From an uncultured delta proteobacterium (GTDB taxonomy: Bacteria; Myxococcota_A; UBA9160; SZUA-336): a stretch of 64,000 nucleotides of DNA. Location: contig CAVPHD010000001.1 in the NCBI GenBank assembly GCA_963704165.1, positions 512,001 through 576,000 on the forward strand. Direction: 5' to 3'. Under the pieces are notes generated by a model. The model was not told the origin of the DNA, made no database searches, and saw only the letters and a program-made list of their open reading frames with translations. How positions within the stretch are numbered: the stretch's first letter is position 1; every line of letters begins with the position of its first letter. This document shows, in pieces, positions 1 to 11,703 of this stretch. The translations under genes and the position numbers were made by a program.

Positions 1-495
1 CGCGGTGCCGTGCTGATCGTCGTGGAACACCGGGATGTTCATCTCCGCGATCAGACGCTCTTCGATCTCGAAGCACTCGGGCGCGCGGATGTCCTCGAGG
101 TTGATCCCGCCGAACGTCGGCTCGAGCAGCTTGACGGTCTGGATGATCTTCTCCGGATCCTCCGTGTCGATCTCGAGGTCGAAGACATCGACGCCGGCAA
201 AGCGCTTGAAGAGGACGCCCTTGCCCTCCATCACGGGCTTTCCGGCCAGCGCCCCGAGATTTCCGAGGCCGAGCACCGCGGTGCCGTTGGAGATCACCGC
301 GACGAGGTTCCCGCGCGAGGTGTACTTGAAGGCGTCGTCCGGGTGCTTCTGGATCTCGAGGCAGGGCTCGGCCACGCCCGGCGTGTACGCGAGGGCGAGG
401 TCGCGGGCGGTCAGGACGCTCTTGGTGGCGACGACCTCGATCTTTCCGGGCTTCCCCTTGCGGTGGTATTCGAGGGCCTGCTCCTTCGTGGTCAT
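1..495 (-). CDS. maeB: NADP-dependent malic enzyme, N-terminal part (runs off the window edge)
   Basis: Manual translation of the minus strand from ATG at 495: [21 protein letters not shown]...[13 protein letters not shown]...[11 protein letters not shown]...KPVMEGK...GGINLEDI...[19 protein letters not shown] upstream. Not in the ORF track because the ORF has no stop inside the window. Confidence 0.93.
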   Translation of the reverse strand, partial: MTTKEQALEYHRKGKPGKIEVVATKSVLTARDLALAYTPGVAEPCLEIQKHPDDAFKYTSRGNLVAVISNGTAVLGLGNLGALAGKPVMEGKGVLFKRFAGVDVFDLEIDTEDPEKIIQTVKLLEPTFGGINLEDIRAPECFEIEERLIAEMNIPVFHDDQHGTA

Positions 496-574
496 CGAGA
501 TCGTCCTTACGGAATGGGCTGCAACCCGGGGGGTGAAGATCGTAGCGCGAAGTGCCTCGGAACGCGGCGCGCGG

Positions 575-3322
575 TCAGCCGAGCAACGCGAGCGTGGTCT
601 CGCGGCGGCGTCCCGTCCGTTCCTCGTCGGATTCGAGTTCACGCCGCTCGTCGGGCTCGATCGCGAAGACCCGCTCGCCCTTTTTCACGATGCTGCCGTC
701 CCGACCCGCCATCAGGTTCCTCGTGACGGTGCCCGGGTACGGCGCTGCGACCTTGTTGAACATCTTCATGACCTCGATCACGAAGAGCGGCTGTCCGGCT
801 TCGAAGTGCTGGCCTTCCTCGATCAACGGAGGCAGGTGCGGAGCCTCGCGCGAGTAGAACGTGCCGCCCATCGGCGTGACGATCTCGTCGAAGGCGGCGG
901 GCGGAGGAGGCGCGAGAGCACGCGCGAGCTCGGATGCCCGCGATTCGTCGAGGAAACGCTCCGGAAACACGATCGTCAGGTCGTCATCGACGTGGATGTC
1001 GAGGAAGCCCGTGCGTGCACCCAGACGCGGGATCACGAGCAGAAGCTCGAGGCCCAGCTGAAAACCCCGGTGCGCCGCCACGCAGCGAGACCAGAGCGCG
1101 TCGTCTCCGCCGCAGAGCGCGGCGAGTGGCTCGCCGGCGAAGAGTTTCTCGAGCGCGCCCGCGTCCTTCGCGCCGGTCGCCGCTTCGACCGCGGCGTAGA
1201 AGGCGCGCGCGGAGTCGAGGACCGCCGCATCGTGCTGCCAGATCTGCTCGGCGGGCGGCTTGTCGGCGCGCGCTTCGAGATCGAGGAAGTGATGGAGGCG
1301 CTCGAGAAAATCGATCGGGTTGGCCTCGAACGACACCTTCGTACCATCGGTCTTCCAGAGCTCACCGTCGTAGCGGCCGAGGAATCCCCCGATCAGGTGC
1401 GCGTTCGCGAACAGCCGCGCGAGCGGACGGAGCAGCAGGGTCTCCTTCGCCTCGAGCGCCGCGCGCGCGGCGGCATCGGACGTGCGCCCGACGAGCTGCG
1501 AAAAGGCGAACTCGAAGTCGATGCTGCTCGCGGTCTGCTCCAGCGCCCCGACCGCGCCGAGATACGACGTCATGAAGCGCGTGTTCGGCTCGGCCATGAC
1601 GCCGTGTCCGAGGAACCATTGGATCAGCCCGTAGTGGACCTCGCGGTTCGTCTGCAGATCGTCGCCCCGCAGCTCCATCCGCCGCAGGATCTCGGCCATG
1701 CGCTCGTAGTTCTCGAGTCGTGATTCCCCGTGTGTGAGAACCAGCGCGATGTTCGAGTCGTAGGCGCCGGCGACGTTGTAGTAGACGAACGAATTCGTGT
1801 CGGGATTGCGGATTCCGATGCCCTGATCGAAGCGCACCTCGTCGGGAAGTGGCCCCGACCAGCTGCGGATCAGTCCGCCGGCGTGGGGCTGGAGCGCGCG
1901 ATTGGTCGCGTTGACCCGCACTTCGACCGCGGAGAGATTCCGCGCCACGCGCTCCGGCTTCGGCACGCGCTTCCCATGCGCGGCGAGCAACGCCATCGCC
2001 TCGATCAGGCGCTCGACGTAGAAGTGCTCGCCTGGCTCGTCGGGGTTCGCGAAGCGCAGGCGATAGGCGAGCTCGGTCACGACGTGCTCGACCTGGATTC
2101 GCGTGTTCATCTCCATGAAGAAGAAGTCGAAGCCGTCGACGATGCACTCGAACGTGGACACGGAGTCGAGTCCGGTCGCCGAACCGAACCGTTCGCTCTC
2201 GGCTTCCATTCGCGCCAGATAGCCGCGGTCGCCGATCAAAACCTCACGCGTCGCTCCGCTCGCACACTCGATCTCGGCGTCGAGCAGCTCCACGGTGAGC
2301 GAGACTTCGATGAGCTTCTGCTCGTGCATCTGCACGGAGCAGTCCCGTCCGCCGAGCGAGATGCACCAGTCACCGTTGCCGATCAGCTGGATCTCGTTGT
2401 GGCGCGTGCGCTCGATGTTCAGCTCGACCAGGAAGTTCCGGTTCGAGCCTGGCTCGACGACCTTGGACTCGGCGCAGACGTCCATGACGGCGGCGGCGAT
2501 CTCCTCGGGTTTCGAGACGACGCGCTGTCCCTTCCCGCCACCACCTCCGATGTACTTGAAGCGGATGCGATGCGTCGGATAGTCGCGCCAGATTCCGGCA
2601 CAGACGCGCTCGGCTTCCCGCTGCAGATCCGCGATCCCGACGAGATCGACGCCCGCCGCGTAGCCCGCCTGCAGCAGCGCCTCCGCATTCAGCTCGAGCG
2701 AATCCTTGCCGCTCCAGGTGAACACGAGACCGGCATCCTTCGCCCGCTTCTCGAGGCCCTTCCGGTCCTTCGCGAGCTCGAGCAGCGCGCGCGTGCTGAC
2801 GTCGTCCACGCCGGGAATCACGGCGTTGCCGAGTCCACGGGCGAGCTTCTTCGCCTCGTCCTTCGCGCCGGCGCGTCGGAGCACGTGCGACGACGGACCC
2901 ATGAAGCCGATCCCGGCGCGCTCGATCGCCTCGACGAGGTCCGCGTCCTCCGCCATGAATCCATAGCCGGCGAAGACGTGCGTGTAGCCGTGCTCGAGCG
3001 CGATCGCGACGATCTCGCGGATCCGCGCCTGTTTCTGCTGCTGACCCGATCCCGTGTAGTCCTGCACGCGATGCACGTTCTGCGGGAAGCGGAACGAGCG
3101 CAGCTCCGGTGCGAGACAACGCGGGTAGACCACGGAGTCCTTCTCCGAGAGCAGCATTCCGTACTCGCGCACGCCGATCTCGTCGAAGACCTGGAAGGCC
3201 TCGAGCCTCACCGGGCCCCGGCAGACCACGAGCACCTTCAGCGCATCGAGAGCGAACGAGCGCAGCCACGGGCTCTCGCATTCGCCGAAGCGCCGCGGCA
3301 CGAGGTCGCGATCGAGCATCAC
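575..3322 (-). CDS. Acyl-CoA carboxylase, biotin carboxylase fused to BCCP (915 aa)
   Basis: [33 protein letters not shown] and YDSNIA biotin carboxylase motifs; C-terminal biotinylation motif EVMKM. Confidence 0.9.
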   Translation of the reverse strand: MMLDRDLVPRRFGECESPWLRSFALDALKVLVVCRGPVRLEAFQVFDEIGVREYGMLLSEKDSVVYPRCLAPELRSFRFPQNVHRVQDYTGSGQQQKQARIREIVAIALEHGYTHVFAGYGFMAEDADLVEAIERAGIGFMGPSSHVLRRAGAKDEAKKLARGLGNAVIPGVDDVSTRALLELAKDRKGLEKRAKDAGLVFTWSGKDSLELNAEALLQAGYAAGVDLVGIADLQREAERVCAGIWRDYPTHRIRFKYIGGGGGKGQRVVSKPEEIAAAVMDVCAESKVVEPGSNRNFLVELNIERTRHNEIQLIGNGDWCISLGGRDCSVQMHEQKLIEVSLTVELLDAEIECASGATREVLIGDRGYLARMEAESERFGSATGLDSVSTFECIVDGFDFFFMEMNTRIQVEHVVTELAYRLRFANPDEPGEHFYVERLIEAMALLAAHGKRVPKPERVARNLSAVEVRVNATNRALQPHAGGLIRSWSGPLPDEVRFDQGIGIRNPDTNSFVYYNVAGAYDSNIALVLTHGESRLENYERMAEILRRMELRGDDLQTNREVHYGLIQWFLGHGVMAEPNTRFMTSYLGAVGALEQTASSIDFEFAFSQLVGRTSDAAARAALEAKETLLLRPLARLFANAHLIGGFLGRYDGELWKTDGTKVSFEANPIDFLERLHHFLDLEARADKPPAEQIWQHDAAVLDSARAFYAAVEAATGAKDAGALEKLFAGEPLAALCGGDDALWSRCVAAHRGFQLGLELLLVIPRLGARTGFLDIHVDDDLTIVFPERFLDESRASELARALAPPPPAAFDEIVTPMGGTFYSREAPHLPPLIEEGQHFEAGQPLFVIEVMKMFNKVAAPYPGTVTRNLMAGRDGSIVKKGERVFAIEPDERRELESDEERTGRRRETTLALLG

Positions 3323-4992
3323 TCGAACTCCCGCTGCGGGCCGGACATCGGCGAGGGCGTGTACGTGCGCATCAGGAACGCGAGGTGCTCGCCGAGCACG
3401 CGCCGGCTCGTGCCCGGCATGACGATGCGCGACACCGAGCCGAGCGAGAGCGCCTCGTTCGGATTCATCAGCTCACGCTCGTAGCGTTCCCGGAGCTGCT
3501 TCAAGCCGGCATCGCGCGCGCGCCGTGCCTCGGCGTCGTCGGACCCGTTCGCGAGCGCGTTCTTGTATTCGGCCTCGATCGCGCGAAGCTCGTCCTTGAA
3601 GACGAACTGCGCGCCACCCCCCGCATCCATCACGGAGATCCGCGCCATCGGCATGGCGAAGACCGCGTCCGCGCCGGTGAAGTGGGAGTTGTAGGCGGCA
3701 TAGGCGCCGCCGAACGCGTTCCGGATGATCAGCGTCATCGAAGGCACGCGGATGTCGATGATCGCGTCGAGCAGGCGTCGGCCTTCGAGGATGATGCCGC
3801 GCGTCTCCTGATCGGTCCCCGGGGTGAATCCGGAGACGTCCTCGAGAAAGATCATCGGCACGTTGTAGAGGTTGCAGAAGCGGATGAATCGCGTTCCCTT
3901 GCGCGCGGCATCGACGTCGATCTGACCGCTCGCGACCGCGGAGTTGTTCGCGATGAAGCCGACCACGTGGCCGCCGATCCGGCCGAACGCGGTGATCAGG
4001 TTTCGCGCGCGTGCGGGCTGCAGCTCGAAATACTCGCCGTGGTCGACGATCTGCTGCAGGAAGAGCGTGATGTCGAGCGGTGCGCTCATTCCCGCGGGCG
4101 AATCGAACGTCTTGCGGAACAGGATGTCCTCTTCGACGGTGAACCGGTCGATCGGATCGCTCGTCGGCCGGAACGGAGCGGAAACGCGGCAATTGTCGGG
4201 GAGATACGAGAGCAGACGGAGCGCGGTGCGCAGCGAGCCGACCTCGTCGGTCGTCGTCAGATCGCAGACTCCGTTCAGCCCGTGCACACCCGGGCCGCCG
4301 AGCGCGTCCGCCGTCACGTCCTCGCCGAGTGCGGCCTTCACGACACCCGGCCCGGTGAGCCCGATGAACGTGTCGGTGCACTGGACCATGAACGAGCCCT
4401 GGCGCGGCAGGTACGCGCCGCCGCCGGCGTTGTAGCCGAACATCAGGCTGATGCTCGGCACGACGCCCGAGATCCGGCGCAGCGCCGTGAACGCCTCGCT
4501 GTAGCCGTCGAGTCCACCGACGCCCGCGGGCACGAAGGCGCCGGCCGAATCGTTCATGCCGATCAGCGGGATGCCGCGCTCCGCCGCCATGTAGATCAGC
4601 CGCGCGAGCTTCGCGCCGTTGGTCGCGTCCATCGAGCCGGCGCGGAGCGTGAAGTCGTGACCGTAGACCGCGACGTCGCGTCCGCCGATCGAGAGCACGC
4701 CCGTGACGATCGACGCGCCGTCGAGCGACTTGCCCCAGTTCTGCCAGAGCAGGTTCGGCTCGCGGTCGGAGAGCACCTTCAGGCGCTCGAAGACGGTCAT
4801 GCGGTTCTTGGCGTGCTGGACGCGAACCCGCGCCGGGCCGCCCCCGCGTTTTGGCCGCTCGAGCAGCTCGAGGCCGCGCTCGATCGATTCCTCGTAGACG
4901 GCGGCCGACGGGTGCAGCGAGGCAACGGCCTTCGCTGGCGCGCTCGCGGCCAGCGGATTCTCTAGCAGGTACTTCGGAGTCTCAGTCGCCAT
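3319..4992 (-). CDS. Acyl-CoA carboxylase carboxyltransferase (beta) subunit
   Basis: [27 protein letters not shown] and RNAFGGAY motifs. Start taken as MATETPKY (ATG at 4992). 4-bp overlap with the next gene. Confidence 0.9.
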   Translation of the reverse strand: MATETPKYLLENPLAASAPAKAVASLHPSAAVYEESIERGLELLERPKRGGGPARVRVQHAKNRMTVFERLKVLSDREPNLLWQNWGKSLDGASIVTGVLSIGGRDVAVYGHDFTLRAGSMDATNGAKLARLIYMAAERGIPLIGMNDSAGAFVPAGVGGLDGYSEAFTALRRISGVVPSISLMFGYNAGGGAYLPRQGSFMVQCTDTFIGLTGPGVVKAALGEDVTADALGGPGVHGLNGVCDLTTTDEVGSLRTALRLLSYLPDNCRVSAPFRPTSDPIDRFTVEEDILFRKTFDSPAGMSAPLDITLFLQQIVDHGEYFELQPARARNLITAFGRIGGHVVGFIANNSAVASGQIDVDAARKGTRFIRFCNLYNVPMIFLEDVSGFTPGTDQETRGIILEGRRLLDAIIDIRVPSMTLIIRNAFGGAYAAYNSHFTGADAVFAMPMARISVMDAGGGAQFVFKDELRAIEAEYKNALANGSDDAEARRARDAGLKQLRERYERELMNPNEALSLGSVSRIVMPGTSRRVLGEHLAFLMRTYTPSPMSGPQREFE

Positions 4993-5101
4993 GCCGGGGG
5001 CCCCTCCAAAGGCCAGAGCTTCGGCCCTCGGCCCGACCGCGTCGCTCGCCGGTGGGGGGCGCAGGATACCAGATCGCCCCATCGACCCGTCCGGGTCGCT
5101 C

Positions 5102-5752
5102 CTAGCGGTTCTTCACCTTCTCCCAGTCGGCCAGGAACTGCTCGATGCCCTTGTCGGTGAGCGGGTGCTTGGCGAGCGCGAAGAGCACGCCCGGGGGCAT
5201 CGTGGCGATGTCGGCGCCGATGCGCGCGGACTCGAGGACGTGCAGCGGGCTTCGGATGCTGGCGACGAGGATCTCCGTCGGGATGTCGTAGTTCTCGAAG
5301 ATCTCCTTGATCTGGGCGATCACGGCCATGCCCGATTCGGGCTGGATGTCGTCGAGTCGACCGACGAACGGCGAGATCATCGAGGCGCCGGCCTTGGCGG
5401 CCATCAACGCCTGGATCGGCGTGAAGATCAGGGTGCAATTCGTCGGGATCTCCTGGCTGGAAAGGATCCGGATCGCCTTCAGTCCCTCGGTCGTCATCGG
5501 GATCTTGACCACGATGTTCGATGCGACTTTGCGCCACTCGAGCCCTTCGCGGACCATGCCCTCGGAGTCGAGCGAGACGACCTCGGCGCTGATCGGGCCG
5601 TCGCAGATCTTCGTGATCTCGCGGACCACGTCGCGCGGATCACCTTTCTCTTTGGCGAGCAGGCTCGGGTTGGTGGTGACGCCGTCGCACAGGCCCAGCG
5701 CCACGCCCTCGCGGATGTCGGGAACGTGCGCCGTATCGAGGAAGAACTTCAT
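5102..5752 (-). CDS. fsa: Transaldolase / fructose-6-phosphate aldolase family
   Basis: [36 protein letters not shown] and HPLTDKG motifs. Confidence 0.93.
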   Translation of the reverse strand: MKFFLDTAHVPDIREGVALGLCDGVTTNPSLLAKEKGDPRDVVREITKICDGPISAEVVSLDSEGMVREGLEWRKVASNIVVKIPMTTEGLKAIRILSSQEIPTNCTLIFTPIQALMAAKAGASMISPFVGRLDDIQPESGMAVIAQIKEIFENYDIPTEILVASIRSPLHVLESARIGADIATMPPGVLFALAKHPLTDKGIEQFLADWEKVKNR

Positions 5753-5777
5753 CGCGGATCCTCCAGGGGGTCGGATC

Positions 5778-6269
5778 TCACAGTTTCTCGACTCGGAGGG
5801 GATCGTCAAGGTCGGCGAGCAGGGCTGCGACCGTGCGCTTCTGCCCGGGCGCGACGAGACCCGGGGCGAGCTCGGCGAGCGGCGCGAGAACGAAGCGGCG
5901 CGATGCGAGACCGGGATGCGGCACGGTCAGGGCGTCGGTCCGGAGCTCGAGGTCGCCGAAGATCAGCAGGTCGAGGTCGAGCCGGCGCGGGGCCCAGCGC
6001 TCGCGCTGCGCGGGCCGGCCAAATCGGCGTTCGAGCGCGAGCAGGCGGTCGAGACAGGCCGACGCGTCGCCCTCGAGCTCGATCTCGACGACTGCGTTCA
6101 CGAACCAACCCTGTGGCGCGGCCGAGCCGGGCTCCGCCAGCGGCTCCGTGCGCCAGAGCGACGAGGCCCGACACGGCCCCCAGCTCCAGAGCTCTGCGAT
6201 CGCCGCCCGTACCTGCGCTTCCGCGGCGCCGAGGTTCGCGCCGACGCCGACGTAGGCCTTCGGGCTCAG
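5778..6269 (-). CDS. folK: 2-amino-4-hydroxy-6-hydroxymethyldihydropteridine pyrophosphokinase
   Basis: [50 protein letters not shown]. Start uncertain (CTG overlapping the lspA stop). Confidence 0.88.
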   Translation of the reverse strand: MSPKAYVGVGANLGAAEAQVRAAIAELWSWGPCRASSLWRTEPLAEPGSAAPQGWFVNAVVEIELEGDASACLDRLLALERRFGRPAQRERWAPRRLDLDLLIFGDLELRTDALTVPHPGLASRRFVLAPLAELAPGLVAPGQKRTVAALLADLDDPLRVEKL

Positions 6270-6788
6270 CCTTCCTTCTCCCCGGGCAGGCTCGAGCGGC
6301 TGACGCCGTCCTCGGTCTCGTGGGTGACGACATCGAGGAGCAGCAGCACGACGCCGATCACGATCGCAGAATCGGCCACGTTGAAATCCGGAAAGACGAA
6401 GAGCCCGAAGATCGAACTGCAGGAAGTCCACGACCTCGCCGCCGCGCAGGATCCGGTCGATGAGATTGCCGACCGCGCCCGAGACGATCAGGCCGAGCGA
6501 CACCGCCGAGAGTCGGTCGCCGGGCTCGATGCGCCGGAAGAACGATCCGATCATCACCAGCGCCACGAGCGCGAGCACGACGAAGACGATCACGGGCAGA
6601 CCCTGCGCGAGACCGAGTGCCCCGCCGGGATTGCGCGCGTGGGTCACGCGGAAGAATCCATCGAGCATCTCGATCGGCACCCAGTAGCTGCCGCGCTCGA
6701 TGTACGCCGAAACCAGGCTCTTGGTGATCTGATCGAGCGGCACGATCACGGCGATGAGCGCCAGCAGGGTGCGAAGCTTCGGGGTCAT
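6266..6788 (-). CDS. lspA: Lipoprotein signal peptidase II (one frameshift near 6405)
   Basis: LDQITK, NPGGA, GAVGNLIDR and VVDFL in one frame; FPDFNVADSAI...EKEG* continues in another frame with TGA at 6266-6268. Confidence 0.88.
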
Positions 6789-6809
6789 GGCTCGCTCTCT
6801 ACCAAATCG

Positions 6810-9193
6810 TCATCGCCCGCGCCCGAACCAGCCAAGGACGCTCTCGAGCGCGCGCCGGACCGGATTCTCGCGCGATCTCGAGGCCGGTGGACGGGTCCCC
6901 GTCGGCTTCTGCGCAGAGTCGGAGCCGAGACCACGGAAGATCCCGCACACGCCTTCGGGCGCCGTTCCGCGCAGAAAGACCTCGCGATCGCCCCCGCACA
7001 TGAATCCGGCGCGAAGTCCCGATTCCACGTCGACGTCGACCGATTCGACACCGGTGGGGACGGTGAACTCCTCGGCGGGCGCCTTGCCCCGCGCGACTTC
7101 GAGCACGTCGGCGAAGATAGGAAGCGCAGCGACCGAACCGGTCACGCGCGCGCTCTCGCCGTCGTCGAAACCGACCCAGACGGCGATCACGATCTCGGGC
7201 GTGTAGCCGATGAACCAGGCGTCGCGGTAGTCGGAGCTCGTGCCCGTCTTGCCGGCGATGTCGCCGCGGAATCCCATCGCTCGCAGCGCCGCCCCGGTGC
7301 CGCGGTCGACGACTCCCTCGCAGCGCGGAGGTGACCAGGTAGACCTCGGCCGGGTCGAATGCCGTCTCGGCCTCGCGAGGACGCTCCTCGAGCACGCGTC
7401 CGTCCGCGCGAACCACACCGGTGTAGGAGCGCAACATCGGCAACGAGCCCTCCGCCGCGAGCACCGAGTAGGCCCGTGCGACCTCCAGAACCGTGACCTC
7501 GAACGATCCGAGCGAGACGCTCGGCACGGGCGCGAGCGGGCTCTTGATGCCGAGTCGCCGCGCCGTCTCGACGATCCGCTCGGGACCGACCGCGATGCCG
7601 AGCTTCGCGATCGGAACGTTCAGCGACTTCTCGATCGCCTCGCGCAACCGTCACGGTGCCGTGGTACTCGCCGTCGTAATTCACCGGCTTCCAGGTGCCG
7701 CTCGGAAGCTTCAGCGTGAACTGCTCGTCCTCGAGCTTCGAGAGCAGCGTGAAGCGAGCCGCTCCGGCGCTGCGTCCGACCGCGGCGAGCAGAACGATCG
7801 GCTTGAAGACGCTTCCCGGCTGGCGCAGCGCCTGCGTCGCGCGATTGAACTGGCTCCGCTTGTAGTCGCGACCACCGACGAGCGCGAGCACCTCGCCGCT
7901 GCGCGGGGAGAGCGCGACGACCGCCGCCTGAAGCGGGGACTCCGGCCGGCGCAGCTTCGGATAGTCCTTCTCGAGCCGCTCGAGGCCGCGTCGTGACCGC
8001 CGCGTTGGCCGCACGCTGCAGCTCGGCTGTCGAGCGTCGAGTAGATCGCCATCCCCTCGCTCTGCAGGATCTCTTCGCCGTATCTCTCCGAAAGCTCCTG
8101 ACGCAGCTCCTCGACGAAGTACGGCGCGACGTGCTCGTCCACGTACACGTCGCGCACGCCGAGATCCGCGATCAGCGGCGCTCTCGTAGGCATCGCGATC
8201 GATCCTGTTCTGCTCGCGCAGCACGGAGAGCACCAGGTCGCGGCGTTTGCGCGCGGCCTCGGGGTGCTTGTACGGCGAGTAGAGATTGGGACCCTTGATC
8301 ATCCCGGCGAGCAGCGCGGCCTCGGGCAGCGTGAGTTCGCCGACCCGCTTGCCGAAGTAGTGCTGCGAGGCCTCGCCGACGCCGTGGATGGCGACCGAGC
8401 CGCGCTGGCCCATGTAGACCTCGTTGAGATACGCCTCGAGGATCTCGCGCTTGGTGTGATTGCGTTCGAGCAGGAGCGCCATCAGCGCTTCCGTCGCCTT
8501 GCGCGTGAGCGTGCGCTCATGGGTCAGGTAGAAGTTCTTCGCGAGCTGCTGCGTGAGTGTGCTGCCGCCCTGCACGACGCGGCGGGCGCGCAGGTTGGCG
8601 AGCATCGCGCCGGCGATGCGCCAGACGTGGATGCCGCTGTGCTCGAAGAAGGACTGGTCCTCGACCGAGATGATCGCATCGACGAGCGCCGGAGGGACGT
8701 CGGCGAGGGCTTCGAGACGCCGATCCGCTCGTTCCACGCCGTGAAACTGCGCGATGATCTCGGGCTCGAGCGTCGCCGACGCGAGCAGGTCGCCGGCCGG
8801 GTCTCGCACCGCGGCGATGCGAGTTCCGGTCAGGCGCAGCGCGAAGAGCCGGGCCGGGTCGTTGCGGTCGGGCAGGCGCACGGCGCGGCGGTAGATCTCG
8901 AGCAGCTCCGCGGACTTCCGGTACTCGCCCGGCCGAAGCGGCCGTTTGGCGCTGACGGCCACCAGATAGCCCATCCGATCGAGCCGTTCGCGCAGGCGAA
9001 TCCGCTCGATATCGGTGCCGGGGCGAAGCTCGAGCGGCCGCGAGTACACGCGAGACGGAACGGCGAAGAGTCGGCCCTGGAAGCGCGCCTCGACCCGGTC
9101 CTCCAGGTCCGAGACGGCGCGGAGACCGAAGACCCCCACGAGCACGAGGAGGATCGCGAACAGGAGCGTCGCTCTCGGGAGATGTCTGCGCAC
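6810..9193 (-). CDS. mrcB: Class A penicillin-binding protein, PBP1B-like (several frameshifts)
   Basis: N-terminal TM segment, UB2H-like region, transglycosylase motifs EDQSFFEH, GGSTLTQQLAKN and RKATE, transpeptidase GSVFK, SLN and KTGT. The motifs are spread over ORFs 7187..9193, 7711..8193, 6799..7647 and 6810..7418. Confidence 0.85.
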
Positions 9194-9269
9194 GAGCAGA
9201 GCTTATTGCGCGCGAGTCGCTTGCGCGCCCCCCTTCGCGCGGGCATCCTCGTCCGGCCCCGAGGGAAGA

Positions 9270-10670
9270 ATGGCCGAATCCAAGAGCTCCAAGACCTGGG
9301 GCGGGCGTTTTGCGAAGCCCACGGATCCGCGCATGGAGCGCTTCTCGGCGTCCGTGCACGTGGACGGGCGGCTTTGGGCGCAGGACGTGCGCGGAAGCGT
9401 CGCGCACGCGCGCATGCTCGCCAGCCAGGGAATCATCAGCAGCGCCGAAGGCGAGCAGCTCGTGAAGGGCCTCGAGCAGATCGCGCTCGAGTTCGAGGCC
9501 GGAACGCTGACGCTCGACCCGGTGCTCGAAGACGTCCACACGAACATCGAGCGGCGGCTCGGCGAGCTCGTCGGACCCCTCGCGGGCAAGCTGCACACGG
9601 GGCGCAGCCGCAATGACCAGATCGCGCTCGACCTCTTGCTCTGGATGCGCGAGCAGATCGGCGTCGTGCTCGGCGCGCTGGCCGGGCTGCGCGGGATTCT
9701 GGTGGAGCGGGCCAGCCGCGAGGTCGACGTCGTTCTGCCCGGCTACACGCATCTGCAACGGGCACAGCCGGTGCGGCTCGCACACCACTGGCTCGCACAC
9801 TACGAGGCTCTGACGCGCGACGCGGGCCGGCTCCGCGACGCGCGCGCGCGCATGTCGCGCTCGCCGCTCGGCGCGGGAGCGCTCGCCGGCAGCACGTTGC
9901 CCATCGACCGCGAGAGCACGGCGCTCGAGCTCGGATTCGACGCGCCGACCCGCAATACGCTCGACTCCGTTTCGGCGCGCGACGCCGCGCTCGAGCTTCT
10001 CGCCGCGCTCGCCATCACGATGGTCCACCTCTCGCGCTTGTGCGAGGAGCTCGTGCTCTGGAGCTCGGCCGAGTTCGGCTTCGTCGAACTCGACGACGCC
10101 TTCTCGACCGGCTCGAGCCTGATGCCGCAGAAGAAGAACCCCGACGCCGCCGAGCTCGTGCGCGGTAAATCCGGTCGGGTGATCGGCGACCTGGTGAGTC
10201 TGCTCGTGACGATGAAGGGCCTGCCGCTCTCGTACAATCGCGACATGCAGGAGGACAAGGAGCCGGTGATCGACGCCGTCGATACCACCCGCACCTGCCT
10301 CGAGGTGCTGACGGCGGTCCTTGGCAGTCTGCGAGTGAACGCCGCGATCATGGAACGCGCCGCGAGCGATCCGATGCTGATCGCGACCGACCTCGCCGAT
10401 CATCTGGTGCTCTCCGGCGTACCGTTTCGCGAGGCGCACGGAATCGTCAGCAGCGTGGTCGCGCACGCCATTGCCTCGGGCGTGCCGCTCTCGGCGCTCT
10501 CGCGCACGACGCTGCACTCGTTCCATCCCGCGCTCGACATCGAACCCGCGGAGTTCTTCCGCGTCGAGCGCTCACTCGAAGCGCGCCACGAGCCTGGCGC
10601 ACCGTCCCGTGCTCGCGTCCTCGAGGCGATCGCCGCGTCGCGCGCAGAGCTGGCGGCGGAAACGACATGA
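9270..10670 (+). CDS. argH: Argininosuccinate lyase
   Basis: WGGRF, HTGRSRNDQ, GYTHLQRAQP, GSSLMPQKKNPD, YNRDMQEDK. Confidence 0.96.
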   Translation: MAESKSSKTWGGRFAKPTDPRMERFSASVHVDGRLWAQDVRGSVAHARMLASQGIISSAEGEQLVKGLEQIALEFEAGTLTLDPVLEDVHTNIERRLGELVGPLAGKLHTGRSRNDQIALDLLLWMREQIGVVLGALAGLRGILVERASREVDVVLPGYTHLQRAQPVRLAHHWLAHYEALTRDAGRLRDARARMSRSPLGAGALAGSTLPIDRESTALELGFDAPTRNTLDSVSARDAALELLAALAITMVHLSRLCEELVLWSSAEFGFVELDDAFSTGSSLMPQKKNPDAAELVRGKSGRVIGDLVSLLVTMKGLPLSYNRDMQEDKEPVIDAVDTTRTCLEVLTAVLGSLRVNAAIMERAASDPMLIATDLADHLVLSGVPFREAHGIVSSVVAHAIASGVPLSALSRTTLHSFHPALDIEPAEFFRVERSLEARHEPGAPSRARVLEAIAASRAELAAETT

Positions 10671-10858
10671 TCCGCGCCTGCGTCATCACGCTCGCACTCG
10701 TTGCCGTCGCCGCGTGCGGCAGGTACGGCCCGCCGGTGCGCGAGTCCGGCGCGAGCCGGGCGGAGAAGGCCGCCGTGTCCTCGGCTCCCGCGGAAGCCGA
10801 CACCGAGGCGTGTCCAGATCCGAACTCGCCCGCGCCGGGCACCCGGACGACCCCGTGA
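10667..10858 (+). CDS. Small lipoprotein, LptM/YifL/LppL-like
   Basis: Signal peptide with lipobox VAAC followed by GRYGPP (cf. CGxKGPL); lies between argH and dapF with 4-bp overlaps on both sides. Confidence 0.65.
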   Translation: MIRACVITLALVAVAACGRYGPPVRESGASRAEKAAVSSAPAEADTEACPDPNSPAPGTRTTP

Positions 10859-11703
10859 GCGCGTCGGCGACGATCCGATTCGCGAAGATGCACGGAGCCG
10901 GGAACGACCTGATCGTCATCGATTGCCTCGCGGGCGATCCGGTCTCCGACTGGGCGAGCTTCGCGCGCTTCGCACTCGACCGCCGGCTCGGGATCGGTGG
11001 CGACCAGCTTCTGCTCGTCCGGCCGTCCCGTGACGCGGACTTCGCGATGGCGATCCGCAACGCGGACGGAAGCCAGGCCGAGATGTGCGCGAACGGGATC
11101 CGCGCGTTCGCGAAGTACGTGCGCGACCGGGGTCTCACCACGAAGGATGCGATTCGCGTCGAGACGCTCGCGGGGATCGTCACGCCGCGCTGGCTCGGCG
11201 ACGATCAGGTCGAGGTCGAAATGACCCGGCCCGTGCTCGAGCCGACGAAGATCCCGACGCTCCTGCGCGGCGATGCGCCCTTGATCGATGTTCCGCTCGA
11301 GGTCGGTGGCGAAGAGCTGCGGGTCTGCGCCGTGGGAATGGGCAATCCCCACTGCGTGGTCTTCGTCGACGATCCGGAGTCGTTCCCGGTCGAGCGGCTC
11401 GGCAAGCTGATCGAGCACCATCCGGCATTCCCCGAACGCGTGAACGTGGAGTTCGTCGGCGTGCGCTCGCGAACCGAGTTGGTGCAGCGCACCTGGGAGC
11501 GCGGGTCCGGCGAGACGCTTGCGTGTGGCAGCGGGGCGTGCGCGGTCGGTGTCGCGGCGGTGCTCTCGGGCCGTGCGGAGCGCGACGTACGGATCGAATT
11601 GCGCGGCGGGGTCTTGCGCATTCGGTGGCCCGAGGACGACGGTCCGGTGTTCATGACGGGCCCGGCGGCCCACGTCTTCGACGGAGAACTCAGATGGCCT
11701 TGA
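10855..11703 (+). CDS. dapF: Diaminopimelate epimerase
   Basis: KMHGAGND, NADGSQAEMCANG, MGNPH, ERGSGETLACGSG; GTG start at 10855. Confidence 0.95.
   Translation: MSASATIRFAKMHGAGNDLIVIDCLAGDPVSDWASFARFALDRRLGIGGDQLLLVRPSRDADFAMAIRNADGSQAEMCANGIRAFAKYVRDRGLTTKDAIRVETLAGIVTPRWLGDDQVEVEMTRPVLEPTKIPTLLRGDAPLIDVPLEVGGEELRVCAVGMGNPHCVVFVDDPESFPVERLGKLIEHHPAFPERVNVEFVGVRSRTELVQRTWERGSGETLACGSGACAVGVAAVLSGRAERDVRIELRGGVLRIRWPEDDGPVFMTGPAAHVFDGELRWP

Noticed and set aside
10..4965. Long plus-strand ORFs (35..1723, 1730..3484, 3109..4965) and the many similar Arg/Ala-rich ORFs across the window, e.g. 56114..57970 and 58111..60423
   Set aside because: Antisense or off-frame shadows of recognisable genes, expected at this GC content; no motifs.
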